NCBI GenBank assembly: GCA_039680575.1
Contig: JBDKSP010000069.1
Span: forward strand, 1 to 15,408
DNA: 15,408 bases
DNA from: Armatimonadota bacterium
GTDB lineage: Bacteria > Armatimonadota > UBA5829 > DTLH01
Direction of reading: 5' to 3'
Shown: piece after piece, positions 1-9,395 of the stretch
Numbering within the stretch: position 1 is the first letter of the stretch
Layout: every line of letters begins with the position of its first letter
Program-made: the position numbers and the translations under genes
The notes under the pieces: model-generated
Told to the model about the DNA's origin: nothing
Databases searched by the model: none
What the model saw: the letters and a program-made list of their open reading frames with translations, nothing else

Positions 1-83
1 TCCGCCTTCGCCCACAGAGCATCGTCAACTCGCCAGATTGTTGGCACTCGTTCTTTTTTGGGTTCTGTCGCTGATGTAGTCAT
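1..83 (-). CDS. IS5-family transposase, N-terminal fragment (runs off the window)
   Basis: Hand translation from ATG at 83 gives MTTSATEPKKERVPTIWRVDDALWAKA. This resembles the 'W.V.D.LW..I' start of IS5-family (DUF4096-type) transposases. Not in the ORF track. Confidence 0.75.
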   Translation of the reverse strand, partial: MTTSATEPKKERVPTIWRVDDALWAKA

Positions 84-127
84 ATCAGCACTTTACCCAC
101 TTATTCCCAGTTTTGGGATGCACTCTA
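1..127 (-). mobile_element. IS5-family insertion sequence, left (5') end, truncated by the window start
   Basis: Bases 110-129 (GTTTTGGGATGCACTCTAAG) are the exact reverse complement of 15283-15302. A transposase-like N-terminus starts about 45 bp inside the end. The IR boundary is uncertain by 1-3 bp. Confidence 0.8.
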
Positions 128-186
128 AGGAGTTTCAGGTATTACCTGAAACTCTCCCCGGAAGATTTTCGGCTATAGCCGAAAAT

Positions 187-283
187 CCATAGATTCAGGG
201 TCCATTTTCTTCCTGGATGCTGAGTCAAGCTCAGCATGACGTAGTGTTCGTTCAGCATGATGTTATACCCATCAACCCTGAAC
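187..283 (+). repeat. 97-bp structured palindromic repeat (REP/MITE-like), copy 1
   Basis: 79/97 identical by hand, ungapped, to the reverse complement of 5803-5899. Inner hairpin ATGCTGAG-TCAAG-CTCAGCAT; outer arms TTCAGGG...CCCTGAA. Confidence 0.85.
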
Positions 284-315
284 TTTTGCCAGAGGGAAGG
301 CGTTGATACGGCGTT

Positions 316-594
316 TCAGAATCTGCGGACCTGAAAGTCGTGGAACTCGCCTGTTGCGGGGAGGTAGACGGCTATGACATCTCGAACGTGAGCGCCCATC
401 GGACCTCGTTTCAGCATCTCTTCGAACCTGGTTAGAGCCGGTTCTTCTCCTTCGGCCACGACTTCCACATCACCATTCGGGACATTCCGCACCCAGCCTT
501 TGAGCCCGAGCGACCCCGCACGGGTGATTGCAAAATACCTGTAGCCTACCCCCTGGACTGTCCCCTTGATTACTACACGGAGTCTTCGTTTCAT
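316..594 (-). CDS. acyP: Acylphosphatase
   Basis: 92 aa with signature motifs GTVQGVGYR and GWVRN. Confidence 0.95.
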   Translation of the reverse strand: MKRRLRVVIKGTVQGVGYRYFAITRAGSLGLKGWVRNVPNGDVEVVAEGEEPALTRFEEMLKRGPMGAHVRDVIAVYLPATGEFHDFQVRRF

Positions 595-599
595 TGTTT

Positions 600-1886
600 T
601 TAATCTACAGCTATGAGCATATTGTCATTGCAGACCACGTAGATTGTGCCGTCTGCGCCCATTACAGCGGCTTTGACGCGTGACGCTTTTAGAGGGATCG
701 TCTTTATCAGCTTCCCTGTCCTGGAGTCAATTACCGCAATGTTTTCATCTCTTGCCAGATAAAGCCGATCATTCGACGCGATTATGGGGGACACTTCCCT
801 CGGCTGCCATAAACCCCGTCCAGTCCATTTTACTTTACCGTTAGCAGGGTTGATCGCATATATATTGCTGCCATCGCCTGCATACACTGTGCCGTCAGTC
901 CCTATTGCCGGGCCGTATCCCGCCAGAACATTCTCCGGGAGTTCGGAAGGCTTTCGTAAACGTTTGACCGGAGGAGTGAAGCGCCATTTTTCATTGCCTG
1001 TTTTGTAATCGATGGCTGCTATATAGCCTTCATCAGGGTTGGCGCCATAGAGATATAAGTGATTATTGTCGATAGATATCGATACCGGCCGGCTTTTGAT
1101 ATTTCTCCATTTGACTTTGCCGTTGGATGGGTCCAAAGCAATTGCTCCGCCAACATAGATTGTGCCGTCATTCCCGATTGCAGGGATAGAGCCCTCAACG
1201 CCTCCAAAATCAGTCTGTTTCCAATTTTCCTTGTGCATCCATACGGTTTTTCCGGTATCTCCGTCTACGGCATACACATTGTTGTTCTTGCAAAATACGA
1301 CCTTGTTATCGCGTGTGACAGTCGGAGACGACATATTGATGCAGATCGTAGATGACACACTTTCCGGGATCTTTTTTTCTACGAAGATCCATTTGCGTTT
1401 CCCGGACGCGCTGTCAAGAGCATAGAGATTGCCGTCTATTGAAGGGAAATACACCATGTTGTTGGAACCTACTGCAGGTGTAATAATACCTTTGCAGGGT
1501 CCATAGGAGAGAGAGGAAATATGCGGTATTTTTTGCCAGAATGGTAGATTGTTGACGTTCGATCCCCACTTTACCTTTCCGGTCTTACTGTCGAGCGCAT
1601 AGGCCTTGGCATTCATGCACTGGAAGTAAAGAGTGCCATCCGCACCGATTGCAGGGGACTCGAAAATACGAGACGGCGCATGGTATGTCCATGCGATTTT
1701 GCCCTTGGTGTCTTTTCCGACACCAAAATAGCTGTTTTGGACATTCCCGCCATACTTCCACCAGGACTGTTTCTGTGGACCGGAGGGCGCAACTTTTGGA
1801 GGGGCAGCCTTGAACCGCTGAGAGGCCATCCAACCGCCTGCCAGTACTACTACTGCTGCAAAAATCAGAAGTGACTTCTTTTTCAT
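600..1886 (-). CDS. Exported or membrane-anchored PQQ-like (BamB-type) beta-propeller repeat protein
   Basis: N-terminal KKK plus hydrophobic segment. Repeated 'SPAIGxDGTxY...YAxDxxTGKxKW' blades. Confidence 0.85.
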   Translation of the reverse strand: MKKKSLLIFAAVVVLAGGWMASQRFKAAPPKVAPSGPQKQSWWKYGGNVQNSYFGVGKDTKGKIAWTYHAPSRIFESPAIGADGTLYFQCMNAKAYALDSKTGKVKWGSNVNNLPFWQKIPHISSLSYGPCKGIITPAVGSNNMVYFPSIDGNLYALDSASGKRKWIFVEKKIPESVSSTICINMSSPTVTRDNKVVFCKNNNVYAVDGDTGKTVWMHKENWKQTDFGGVEGSIPAIGNDGTIYVGGAIALDPSNGKVKWRNIKSRPVSISIDNNHLYLYGANPDEGYIAAIDYKTGNEKWRFTPPVKRLRKPSELPENVLAGYGPAIGTDGTVYAGDGSNIYAINPANGKVKWTGRGLWQPREVSPIIASNDRLYLARDENIAVIDSRTGKLIKTIPLKASRVKAAVMGADGTIYVVCNDNMLIAVD

Positions 1887-1940
1887 TGAGCGTCTTCTTT
1901 CAAGGTTTCGAGTTCAGAAAAGGGATTGGTGGATGCCGTT

Positions 1941-1974
1941 AATGAAAGCTTCGGCACATAAATTGCGCCGAAGC
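1941..1974 (-). terminator. Possible intrinsic terminator after kdsA
   Basis: Minus-strand hairpin GCTTCGGCGCA-ATTTA-TGTGCCGAAGC followed by TTTCATT (short U tract). Confidence 0.5.
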
Positions 1975-2010
1975 ATGACATAATTCTTTTCTGCTGATGG
2001 TTGAAAGCTG

Positions 2011-2841
2011 TTAGCTGTCCAGCCCTCGCACGGCCTCTTCGATCTTCTTCGCTGAGGACAAGAGTTCTCTTACATCCGACAGTTTCAGCATGGACGCTGC
2101 GTCGGAAAGGGCTTTCTCAGGCTCAGGATGGACTTCCAGGAAGAGTGCGTCCACTCCGACAGCCATTGCGGCGCGTGTCAGGTGAGGGATGAACTCCCTC
2201 GCCCCGCCTGAAGCATTCCCCTGGCCGCCAGGCCGCTGAACACTGTGGGTTGCGTCAAAGATCACGGGATATCCATAGGACCTCATTATCGGAAGTGAGC
2301 ACATATCGACCACCAGCGTATTGTAGCCGAACGAACATCCCCGCTCGGTCAGCATCAGGTTCTGGTTTCCGGTGCTTTCGATCTTCCCAACGATGTTTTT
2401 CATGTCCCAGGGAGCTAAAAACTGGCCTTTTTTCACGTTTATGGGCTTTCCGGTCGATGCAGCGGCGACCAAAAGGTCGGTCTGCCTGCAGAGAAACGCG
2501 GGGATCTGCAAAATATCGACGACTTCTGCCGCCGGGCTGATCTGCCATACCTCGTGAATGTCCGTCAGCACGGGAACACCGACTTTTGCCTTCACTTCAG
2601 CCAGGACTTCAAGCCCTTTGTCGACTCCAAGCCCTCTGGCTGAGTTGACTGACGTCCTGTTGGCCTTATCGAACGACGCCTTGAAGATATACGGTATCCC
2701 CAGCTCTTTTGCGATGACGTTTACTGTCTGTGCGACTTCCAGGCACAAATCCGCCGATTCTATAACGCACGGTCCGGCGATAAGCGCAAACGGCCTGCCT
2801 CCGCCGATATTCACGTTTCCAACTTTAACAACTCTTGTCAT
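2011..2841 (-). CDS. kdsA: Kdo-8-phosphate synthase (2-dehydro-3-deoxyphosphooctonate aldolase)
   Basis: Motifs [48 protein letters not shown]. Cys in GPC suggests the metal-dependent class. Start overlaps the kdsB stop (ATGA). Confidence 0.97.
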   Translation of the reverse strand: MTRVVKVGNVNIGGGRPFALIAGPCVIESADLCLEVAQTVNVIAKELGIPYIFKASFDKANRTSVNSARGLGVDKGLEVLAEVKAKVGVPVLTDIHEVWQISPAAEVVDILQIPAFLCRQTDLLVAAASTGKPINVKKGQFLAPWDMKNIVGKIESTGNQNLMLTERGCSFGYNTLVVDMCSLPIMRSYGYPVIFDATHSVQRPGGQGNASGGAREFIPHLTRAAMAVGVDALFLEVHPEPEKALSDAASMLKLSDVRELLSSAKKIEEAVRGLDS

Positions 2842-3590
2842 ACCGATCTCTCCAAAAGCAGCATTCTAACTTTTATAAGGTCTTCTTCCGTATCGACCCC
2901 GATAGGGCTGAAATCCGTCTCGATCATCTGTATCCGCCAGCCGGACTCAAGCGCTCTCAACTGTTCGAGTGACTCTGCCATTTCTAGCGGGGTGGGCTTC
3001 AGTCTGCTGAACTCTTTGAGCGCACGCACGCTGTAGCCGTAAAGCCCGATGTGGCCGTAGGTCTTGAGCGCGGGGTGTTCGTCCCGCACATAGGGGATAG
3101 GCGATCTGGAAAAATACAGCGCTTTGCCTGATGTGTCGGCCACGACCTTTACTAAGTTGGGGTCGGTGGCTTCCGTGCGGCTGACGGGGCGCATAAGGCT
3201 CGTCATTTCAGGCGCATCGGTTTTAAGGAGCGGCCCGATCAACTGGTCTATGGCATCCGGCGGGACCAGCGGCTCATCACCCTGGACATTTATAACGATG
3301 TCATCATCTCTTAGCACGGAAGCGGCCTCGGCCAGCCTGTCCGTGCCTGAACGATGGTCGGGCGAGGTCATAACAGCCTTTCCACCGAATGATGTGACTG
3401 TATTGATGACCTCATTATCCGGGGTGGCTACGAGGACATCGCTTACGCGGGCGGCGCTTTTGGCCCGTTCGTAGACCCGCTGGATCATCGGTTTGCCGCA
3501 GATGTCGGCAAGTGGTTTCCCCGGCAGGCGTGTCGATGCCATCCTCGCCGGGATGATCGCGACGATGCGCGGAACGAAATTAACTTCCAT
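2838..3590 (-). CDS. kdsB: 3-deoxy-manno-octulosonate cytidylyltransferase (CMP-Kdo synthetase)
   Basis: Motifs [52 protein letters not shown]. Confidence 0.97.
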   Translation of the reverse strand: MEVNFVPRIVAIIPARMASTRLPGKPLADICGKPMIQRVYERAKSAARVSDVLVATPDNEVINTVTSFGGKAVMTSPDHRSGTDRLAEAASVLRDDDIVINVQGDEPLVPPDAIDQLIGPLLKTDAPEMTSLMRPVSRTEATDPNLVKVVADTSGKALYFSRSPIPYVRDEHPALKTYGHIGLYGYSVRALKEFSRLKPTPLEMAESLEQLRALESGWRIQMIETDFSPIGVDTEEDLIKVRMLLLERSV

Positions 3591-4083
3591 AAGATTCCAA
3601 AACCTTCGCTATTATATTTGTGGTGGAACGCCCCTCGACGAGCGGTATTATCACTATTTTCCCGCCGTAGGCCTTGACTGCCTTAGCTTCCGGCAGGTCA
3701 TCGGCTGCATAATCGCCGCCCTTGACATGGATATCCGGCTGAAGGCACGTAATGATCTCTGTCGGCGTGTCCTCGGAAAAGAGAGTTACATAATCGACAC
3801 ATTCAAGCGCCGCTATGAGCTCCGCGCGCTCGAACTCAGGTACCAGCGGGCGGGAATCGCCCTTGAGCCGCTTCACAGTATCGTCCGTGTTGATGGCAAC
3901 TACGAGGCAATCTCCCAAAGACCTGGCAGCCTCGAGATAACGCACATGTCCCACGTGGAGTATATCGAAGCACCCGTTCGTAAACACGACGGTCTTTCCC
4001 GCCGATTTCAGATCACCGATGATATTCTTAAGTACCGACCTTCGTTTGACCTTCGAAGCCGTCGTAAATTTGCTGTTTTGCAC
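3580..4083 (-). CDS. rfaE2: D-glycero-beta-D-manno-heptose 1-phosphate adenylyltransferase (stand-alone RfaE domain II / HldC)
   Basis: Motifs VFTNGCFDILHVGHVRYL, KGDSRP, VKGGDY, STTNII. GTG start overlaps the tsaC stop (TAGTG). Confidence 0.93.
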   Translation of the reverse strand: MQNSKFTTASKVKRRSVLKNIIGDLKSAGKTVVFTNGCFDILHVGHVRYLEAARSLGDCLVVAINTDDTVKRLKGDSRPLVPEFERAELIAALECVDYVTLFSEDTPTEIITCLQPDIHVKGGDYAADDLPEAKAVKAYGGKIVIIPLVEGRSTTNIIAKVLESYGS

Positions 4084-4724
4084 TACTTCCTTACCTCGCC
4101 GACTACCTTTTCGATCTCTTCCACGGGAAGCGCGCCGACCCTGAGTATCCTCGGAATATCTTCAGTCACATCGACCACGGTCGATGCCTGGCCGAACTCT
4201 GCCGGACCTGCGTCCAGTACGACATCGACCTCGCTTCCGACCTGGGCTACCGCATCCGCCGCTGTTTTGGGCTCCAGCCCGCCTGAGATGTTGGCACTCG
4301 TGGCGATGATAGGGCAGCCGTACTCCCAGAGCATCTTAAGCGCAACCGGATGGTTCGGCATCCTGACGCCGATCTTATCGCCGTTTGCAGTCACAATCTC
4401 CGGGATGTTGGCGTGCTTCTTCAGGATAAGGGTGATAGGGCCGGGGAAAAATTTGTCGATCAGTTTTTTACCTGCGTCTGGAATCGACTGCGCGACCTTT
4501 TTTATGTCGTTTTTTTCGCCGATCTGCACAGGGAGCGCTTCGGAAAGCGGCCTGCGCTTGGCTGCGAAGACCTTGGCAGCGGCTCCTGCAGCGAAAGCAT
4601 CGGCAGCGAGCCCGTAGACGGTCTCTGTAGGGAAAATGACGAGTTTTCCCTGCCTGAGCGCCGATGCCGCGCGCTTTATCGCTTCTTCATCTATCCGTTC
4701 CGGGTCGATTTTATATATCAGCAT
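4083..4724 (-). CDS. tsaC: L-threonylcarbamoyladenylate synthase (TsaC/Sua5/YrdC), single domain
   Basis: Motifs FPTETVYGL, AKRRP, PGPIT, GVRMPNHP, TSANISG, STVVD. Confidence 0.95.
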   Translation of the reverse strand: MLIYKIDPERIDEEAIKRAASALRQGKLVIFPTETVYGLAADAFAAGAAAKVFAAKRRPLSEALPVQIGEKNDIKKVAQSIPDAGKKLIDKFFPGPITLILKKHANIPEIVTANGDKIGVRMPNHPVALKMLWEYGCPIIATSANISGGLEPKTAADAVAQVGSEVDVVLDAGPAEFGQASTVVDVTEDIPRILRVGALPVEEIEKVVGEVRK

Positions 4725-4865
4725 AATAACCCTCGGTCTCTAACGACATTCACTATCGCTGATGGACCGGGGGATCCATGCCCCGGTCCCATTCTCCAGG
4801 GCATCCATGCCCCTTGCTGTCTATCGAGCCTCCACTAATCCCATCCCTCTATCCTCGATCCTTCC

Positions 4866-5729
4866 TCAAAGCTCGCAGCTTACAACCCGATCTATGCCTG
4901 CGAGGTCGTTTATTACTTTGGTATTAGTATATCCAATATTCCGGGCGTAAGCTGAAACAGCTTCGCCCTGGCCGATTCCTATCTCCATGTGGACCCACCC
5001 GCCGGGTTTCAGCCACTCGCGGGAGGCTTCGAGTATCTTGCGGTGGTAGTCCATCCCGTCTTCTCCGCCGTCCAGCGCGCCGCGAGGCTCATAATTCGTA
5101 ATCTCCGGCTGCAAGTGATAGATCTCTTCCGATGGTATATACGGAGGGTTCGACACAACTGCGTCAAGTTTGCCTTTTACCTCTTCCGGCAGCGGATCGA
5201 GCAGATCACCTTCCAGTATATCTATCCTGACCTCCACCTGATGCTTTATGGCATTGCGCCGGGCAACTTTCACGGCTTCTGGAGAAATTTCAGTCGCATA
5301 GACCACCGCATCCGGCAGTTCGACTGCGAGTGAGATTGCTATTATCCCGCTCCCGGCGCCGATATCGGCAATAAGAGGATTTTCCCTATCTCGAAGCGTT
5401 GGCAGTGCGGTCTCGATAAGTGTTTCGGTCTCCGGCCTGGGTACGAGCACCGCCGGGGTCACATCAAAAGAAAGCCCCCAGAACTCTTTCTCGCCTGTTA
5501 TATAGGAAAGGGGCTCTCTTTTAGCCCTTCGGGCGGCAAAGTCACGGTAGCGGCAGAGTTCGTCATCGGTAAGCGCCCTTTCTTGATGTGTAATCACATA
5601 GACCCGCTGAGAGCCGATGACATGCGCCATCAGCACTTCTGCATCGAGCTGAGATGTTTCTACCCCCTCCTGCGCGAGTGTACCCATTGCTGACGCGAGT
5701 TCCTGTGCTATCGTGCGAGTCTCCGCCAA
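4866..5729 (-). CDS. prmC: Release factor glutamine N5-methyltransferase
   Basis: Motifs REPLSYITG, VLVPRPETE, DIGAGSG, SNPPYI, ALDGGEDG. Start moved from 5795 to the in-frame TTG at 5729, which has GGAGGT 8 nt upstream. Confidence 0.95.
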   Translation of the reverse strand: MAETRTIAQELASAMGTLAQEGVETSQLDAEVLMAHVIGSQRVYVITHQERALTDDELCRYRDFAARRAKREPLSYITGEKEFWGLSFDVTPAVLVPRPETETLIETALPTLRDRENPLIADIGAGSGIIAISLAVELPDAVVYATEISPEAVKVARRNAIKHQVEVRIDILEGDLLDPLPEEVKGKLDAVVSNPPYIPSEEIYHLQPEITNYEPRGALDGGEDGMDYHRKILEASREWLKPGGWVHMEIGIGQGEAVSAYARNIGYTNTKVINDLAGIDRVVSCEL

Positions 5730-5802
5730 TACGCTAAACCTCCGAACAATCCCCGCATAGTATACCACTTTTAGCTGCCGGTATTCAGCCATCATGGTAA
5801 GG

Positions 5803-5899
5803 GTTCAGAGTTGATGAGTACAACATCATTCCGAATTATCACAACGTCATTCCGGACTTGATCCGGAATCCAGGAAGAAAATGGACTCTGAATCTATGG
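5803..5899 (-). repeat. 97-bp structured palindromic repeat (REP/MITE-like), copy 2
   Basis: Inverted copy of 187-283. Inner hairpin ATTCCGGA-TCAAG-TCCGGAAT; outer arms TTCAGAG...CTCTGAA. Confidence 0.85.
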
Positions 5900-6099
5900 G
5901 GCGAGTTTCAGGGTGACGTGCTTCCATGATGACGTGTTGGTTATTGGGGATGATATATAATTTCACAAGAGTGAACTGTTACATCGAATTGGGAAGAGAA
6001 GTTGTGAATAGAAAGGGGTTGAGATATGAGGGACAATGGTGTGAATTTCCACCACTCATCCCTCATCCCTCATTTTCTGTCCCTGAATCTGTAATTACC

Positions 6100-6912
6100 C
6101 TATGGAGTCGGTACGGACATTGGCTCCGTGGGTGTATCAGGCGCAGCTGGTGTCTCCGGTGTACTCGGCGTTGGTGTCACAGTAGGACTTGGTTGAGTTA
6201 CCGGTTCGGTTGGTCCGGCTCCGGCAGGAGTTGTCTCTGCTGATTCCGAGGCAGCCGGTGCCTTTGGGGTTAGCTGGACATTCGAGAATGTCACGTCGAT
6301 AGGGACAGTAAACCGGTCTCCCAGGTTGCGGTCGTGCCGCAGAATATCCGGTGCGGGTGCGTGAACCCTGATCGAGTAGCTGCCCGAAGTCGGAATGGAG
6401 AAGTTCGCGCCGTAATGGTCAGCCATCGGATGCCAGAAGTAGGAAAGCTGCTTCGATTGCACTGTATTTCCGGACTGATCGATAACATCGAGTGTGGGCG
6501 AGACCGGAATCGGTTTGCCGGTGAGAGAATCCAACACAACTACTTCGATGTGCTGAGTCTCGCCTGGCGCCGGCGGCACCCATGTAAGCTGGCCGTTTAT
6601 CGTCTGATAGTAGCCTTTCGGGGGATTTACCATATAGGCCACCTGGTAATCACCCACAGTGCTCTGTCCACCGGATTGTTTGATGGAATTCATCATCATC
6701 TCTTGGGACTCACCCATGTTATCCACATGTCCGCGCTGCTGGATCACTGAGATCGGCGCAATCGAGATAGCTGCTGCAGCCTCAGCAGGACCAGCACCAG
6801 TCGGTTGGGTTGTCGGCGTGGTCTTTTTCTTTCCGTTAGCCCAAACGCCTGCAGCCATCAGCAATACCAAAAGCATAATAATCGCCAAAAAAACAATTCT
6901 ACTTCCCTTCAT
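6100..6912 (-). CDS. Exported P19/FetP/Tpd-like iron/copper-binding protein with Pro/Thr-rich N- and C-terminal tails
   Basis: Signal peptide. Motifs HIEV, WHPMADHYGANF and P..LRHD match the Fe2+ transport protein family pattern. RBS GAGGAGG. Confidence 0.75.
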   Translation of the reverse strand: MKGSRIVFLAIIMLLVLLMAAGVWANGKKKTTPTTQPTGAGPAEAAAAISIAPISVIQQRGHVDNMGESQEMMMNSIKQSGGQSTVGDYQVAYMVNPPKGYYQTINGQLTWVPPAPGETQHIEVVVLDSLTGKPIPVSPTLDVIDQSGNTVQSKQLSYFWHPMADHYGANFSIPTSGSYSIRVHAPAPDILRHDRNLGDRFTVPIDVTFSNVQLTPKAPAASESAETTPAGAGPTEPVTQPSPTVTPTPSTPETPAAPDTPTEPMSVPTP

Positions 6913-7181
6913 TGCAGATTAGCCTCCTCATTCATACCTTGCTTCCGCAAAATTGCCGTAACTGGATACAAAACTACCCATCATTAATCGCCTGTCAAAC
7001 TATAGGTTTTTGGCTGTTCAGTTAACAACCAATTGTATACAGGCCAAACTGGGCTTATCCGCTTCGTGGATGAGACTTAACCGAAAATCTGTAGATAAGG
7101 GGATTCGGGATCCGGGATTCGAAATTGATGGTGAATATTTGCAATGTCTTTCCTAAATCCTTCCCAATAACTGCAGATTGA

Positions 7182-7210
7182 TTGACTCAGTATCACGCGG
7201 TGGGTAAAAT
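7182..7210 (+). promoter_or_regulatory. Sigma70-type promoter for the downstream secreted protein gene
   Basis: TTGACT (7182-7187), 17-bp spacer, TAAAAT (7205-7210). Confidence 0.6.
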
Positions 7211-7302
7211 CTAATTATAGATTCTCGGTTATTGCCAAAATCTTCCTGGAGAGTTTCATTTGTCACTTGAAACTCCTCAAGAGATTATCTGGAGGTTATA
7301 TA

Positions 7303-9123
7303 TTGTCGAATTTAACTCGCCGCGCTCTGTTACCGGCTTTTACCTGCGTGGCTCTTGTTGTTATCACAGGTTTATCAGCTCACGCCCAGTTCGTCCCGCA
7401 GGTGGACTACGCGGCAAGAGGCAGTGAGGCTGTAGTCACGATAAATGGCCGCGTCGCGGTCCGGTTCAAAGCATCTAATGCCAGGTTAACCCCGCTCGAG
7501 CGAGCGAAATTGACTGCAGGCAGGCTGAAACCTCTCGCGACCGGCGGGTGGAAAGCGATTACTGTAAAATCCACAAGCACGAAGCGTTCTCAAGTTGTTG
7601 TCAACGACAAGGTAATCTGTATAGCCACTGCGGCGGATGCATCCGCCAGTAAAACATCCGCACAGACACTCAGCGAAATCTGGGTAAGGAATATGCGACG
7701 GCTTTTCTCCATGCCGCCAATAACACTGACTCCCGCTGAGATCACAATACCCGAAAACGAAAAGCGGATGACTGTTATCAGCGGGGCGGCGCAGGGTGCG
7801 ATAACCGTTTCCGACGGCAATCCATCAATAGCGGTATCATCCTTCGACTCTGCTCACCGGTCCGTAGTTGTCACAGGCAGGGCGGTCGGGCGTTCCACTG
7901 TAGAGGTAAGCTGCCAGGGCTGCAGATGTACACTTGTGGTCAACGTAAAGCGATATGCAGGAAGGCTGACCGGTATAAAGACTATTGAAGTCACCGGGGA
8001 GCCCGCGCCGGACTGGCTGCTTACGAAAGTGGCGAAGAAGGCTGCGTCTTCAGTCGTGGCGCTCGAACCGGGAGCCACGGCAACATACGGCAGACCGAAG
8101 ATAGCATGCGATTCTCTTGGAAAGGGTAAAAGTGTACGCGCCCTCGTTCCAGTAAGAGCCAGCGGTTCCAAATTCATCACTACAGATATGTTTGCGCCGG
8201 TCGAGATTGTTAACAGACCGCTGTCTCACAAATTGGCTGTAGACCTGTTTTACAGCAACGATCCCGAGCGGCTTACGCAGTACGGGACACTTTTTACCGG
8301 CAAGCTGTCTTTCGATGAAAAGACCAGGCTCTTTTACCACCACCAGAACATGATGGGTAAGCGTGTGAGGCTTGCAGTCGAGCTTTTGAACGCTGGGGAT
8401 ACGGAAGCCGGAGTCCAGGCGATAAGCGGGATCGGCCACCCCATAGTAGATACGGTGGTTGTTGGCTACATGGCTGGAATGGACTTCATCCGGGACCACC
8501 TGCGCAACGTGGGAATGGTCTATCGTATCCCGCCGAGATCAAAAATCGTCGTCTACGCTGATAACCTGAGCCATAACATCACCGCAAGCGGCATTATAGA
8601 CCTAAGACAGTTCGCGGGAGGAGATGTATATGTTAAGGTCTCTGCAAACCCTCCGCGCCTGGGTCAATTATCGGATGGACAGACTGCATCGATCAACGAT
8701 GCGGACATACCCACGTATTTGTCCGAGCATGTATACATGACCCCGACCAAGCAGATGGAAGCGAATTATGTCATAGGCGAGCGCTGGGAATTTATCAGGA
8801 TTGGAAAATATGCGATCAAAGATGCAGCCGACAAGAAGCAGCTTTTCGGCAACTACGGCGTGATCTACAACATCAACATCCGCATCGAAAACCCGACCGC
8901 CGATGCCCGGACTGTTAAGATCATTTTTGATCCTACTGCAGGTCCCGCATCAGGGATTTTCGTCATCGGCGGCAAGATAATAGGCATAAAGATAGTCGCG
9001 CCGCCGAAGGAGTTCCAGATAACGACGGTCCGGGTCCCTGCCGGGCAGGCGAGAGAGCTGACAATAACCACAATGCCGCTTGGAGGCTCGGCCTATCCTG
9101 CATCGATTGTGATAAGACCGTAA
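7303..9123 (+). CDS. Large secreted hypothetical protein with an Ig-like / pilus-secretin-N-like segment and a C-terminal domain of unknown function
   Basis: Long ORF (track start 7267). In-frame TTG at 7303 has GGAGG 7 nt upstream. Signal peptide ends AHA. Segment 'ITVSDGNPSIAV...VVVTGRAVGRSTVEV' looks Ig-like. Function not recognised. Confidence 0.7.
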   Translation: MSNLTRRALLPAFTCVALVVITGLSAHAQFVPQVDYAARGSEAVVTINGRVAVRFKASNARLTPLERAKLTAGRLKPLATGGWKAITVKSTSTKRSQVVVNDKVICIATAADASASKTSAQTLSEIWVRNMRRLFSMPPITLTPAEITIPENEKRMTVISGAAQGAITVSDGNPSIAVSSFDSAHRSVVVTGRAVGRSTVEVSCQGCRCTLVVNVKRYAGRLTGIKTIEVTGEPAPDWLLTKVAKKAASSVVALEPGATATYGRPKIACDSLGKGKSVRALVPVRASGSKFITTDMFAPVEIVNRPLSHKLAVDLFYSNDPERLTQYGTLFTGKLSFDEKTRLFYHHQNMMGKRVRLAVELLNAGDTEAGVQAISGIGHPIVDTVVVGYMAGMDFIRDHLRNVGMVYRIPPRSKIVVYADNLSHNITASGIIDLRQFAGGDVYVKVSANPPRLGQLSDGQTASINDADIPTYLSEHVYMTPTKQMEANYVIGERWEFIRIGKYAIKDAADKKQLFGNYGVIYNINIRIENPTADARTVKIIFDPTAGPASGIFVIGGKIIGIKIVAPPKEFQITTVRVPAGQARELTITTMPLGGSAYPASIVIRP

Positions 9124-9346
9124 ATCTGCCTTGAGCGCATCTGAGGCAATTGCGCTGAGTTAATCCGAGATCGATAGCCCGTTGTCGAAGTGGTTATTAT
9201 CCGGTAATCACAGACACGGAGGAGGAAAAACGTCTTGTCGATGCCGGAGAGGTGCTTTTTATGGTACACTGATTGGCACTCTCCATTAATCTGTGCCTGA
9301 ACGGACAACCATTTTGGACTTAATGCAACGACCTCAGCATTTGCCG

Positions 9347-9375
9347 TTGATTTTATGGTGTGAATGCGGTATAAT
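9347..9375 (+). promoter_or_regulatory. Sigma70-type promoter of ssrA
   Basis: TTGATT (9347-9352), 17-bp spacer, perfect TATAAT (9370-9375), 20 bp upstream of the mature tmRNA 5' end. Confidence 0.8.
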
Positions 9376-9395
9376 AATGACGAAACTGAATACGT

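Noticed and set aside
3493..4617. 374-aa plus-strand ORF and other antisense ORFs over kdsA, kdsB, prmC and the R-M genes
   Set aside because: Shadow frames opposite or overlapping well-recognised genes, with no motifs.
5926..6243. 105-aa plus-strand ORF
   Set aside because: It overlaps the 3' end of the P19-like gene on the opposite strand plus intergenic repeats, and its composition is not protein-like.
9124..9345. Separate ncRNA or riboswitch upstream of ssrA
   Set aside because: Only short hairpins (AGCGCA/TGCGCT, GGCAC/GTGCC) and a possible extended -10 (TGGTACACT, 9262-9270); no recognisable family motif.
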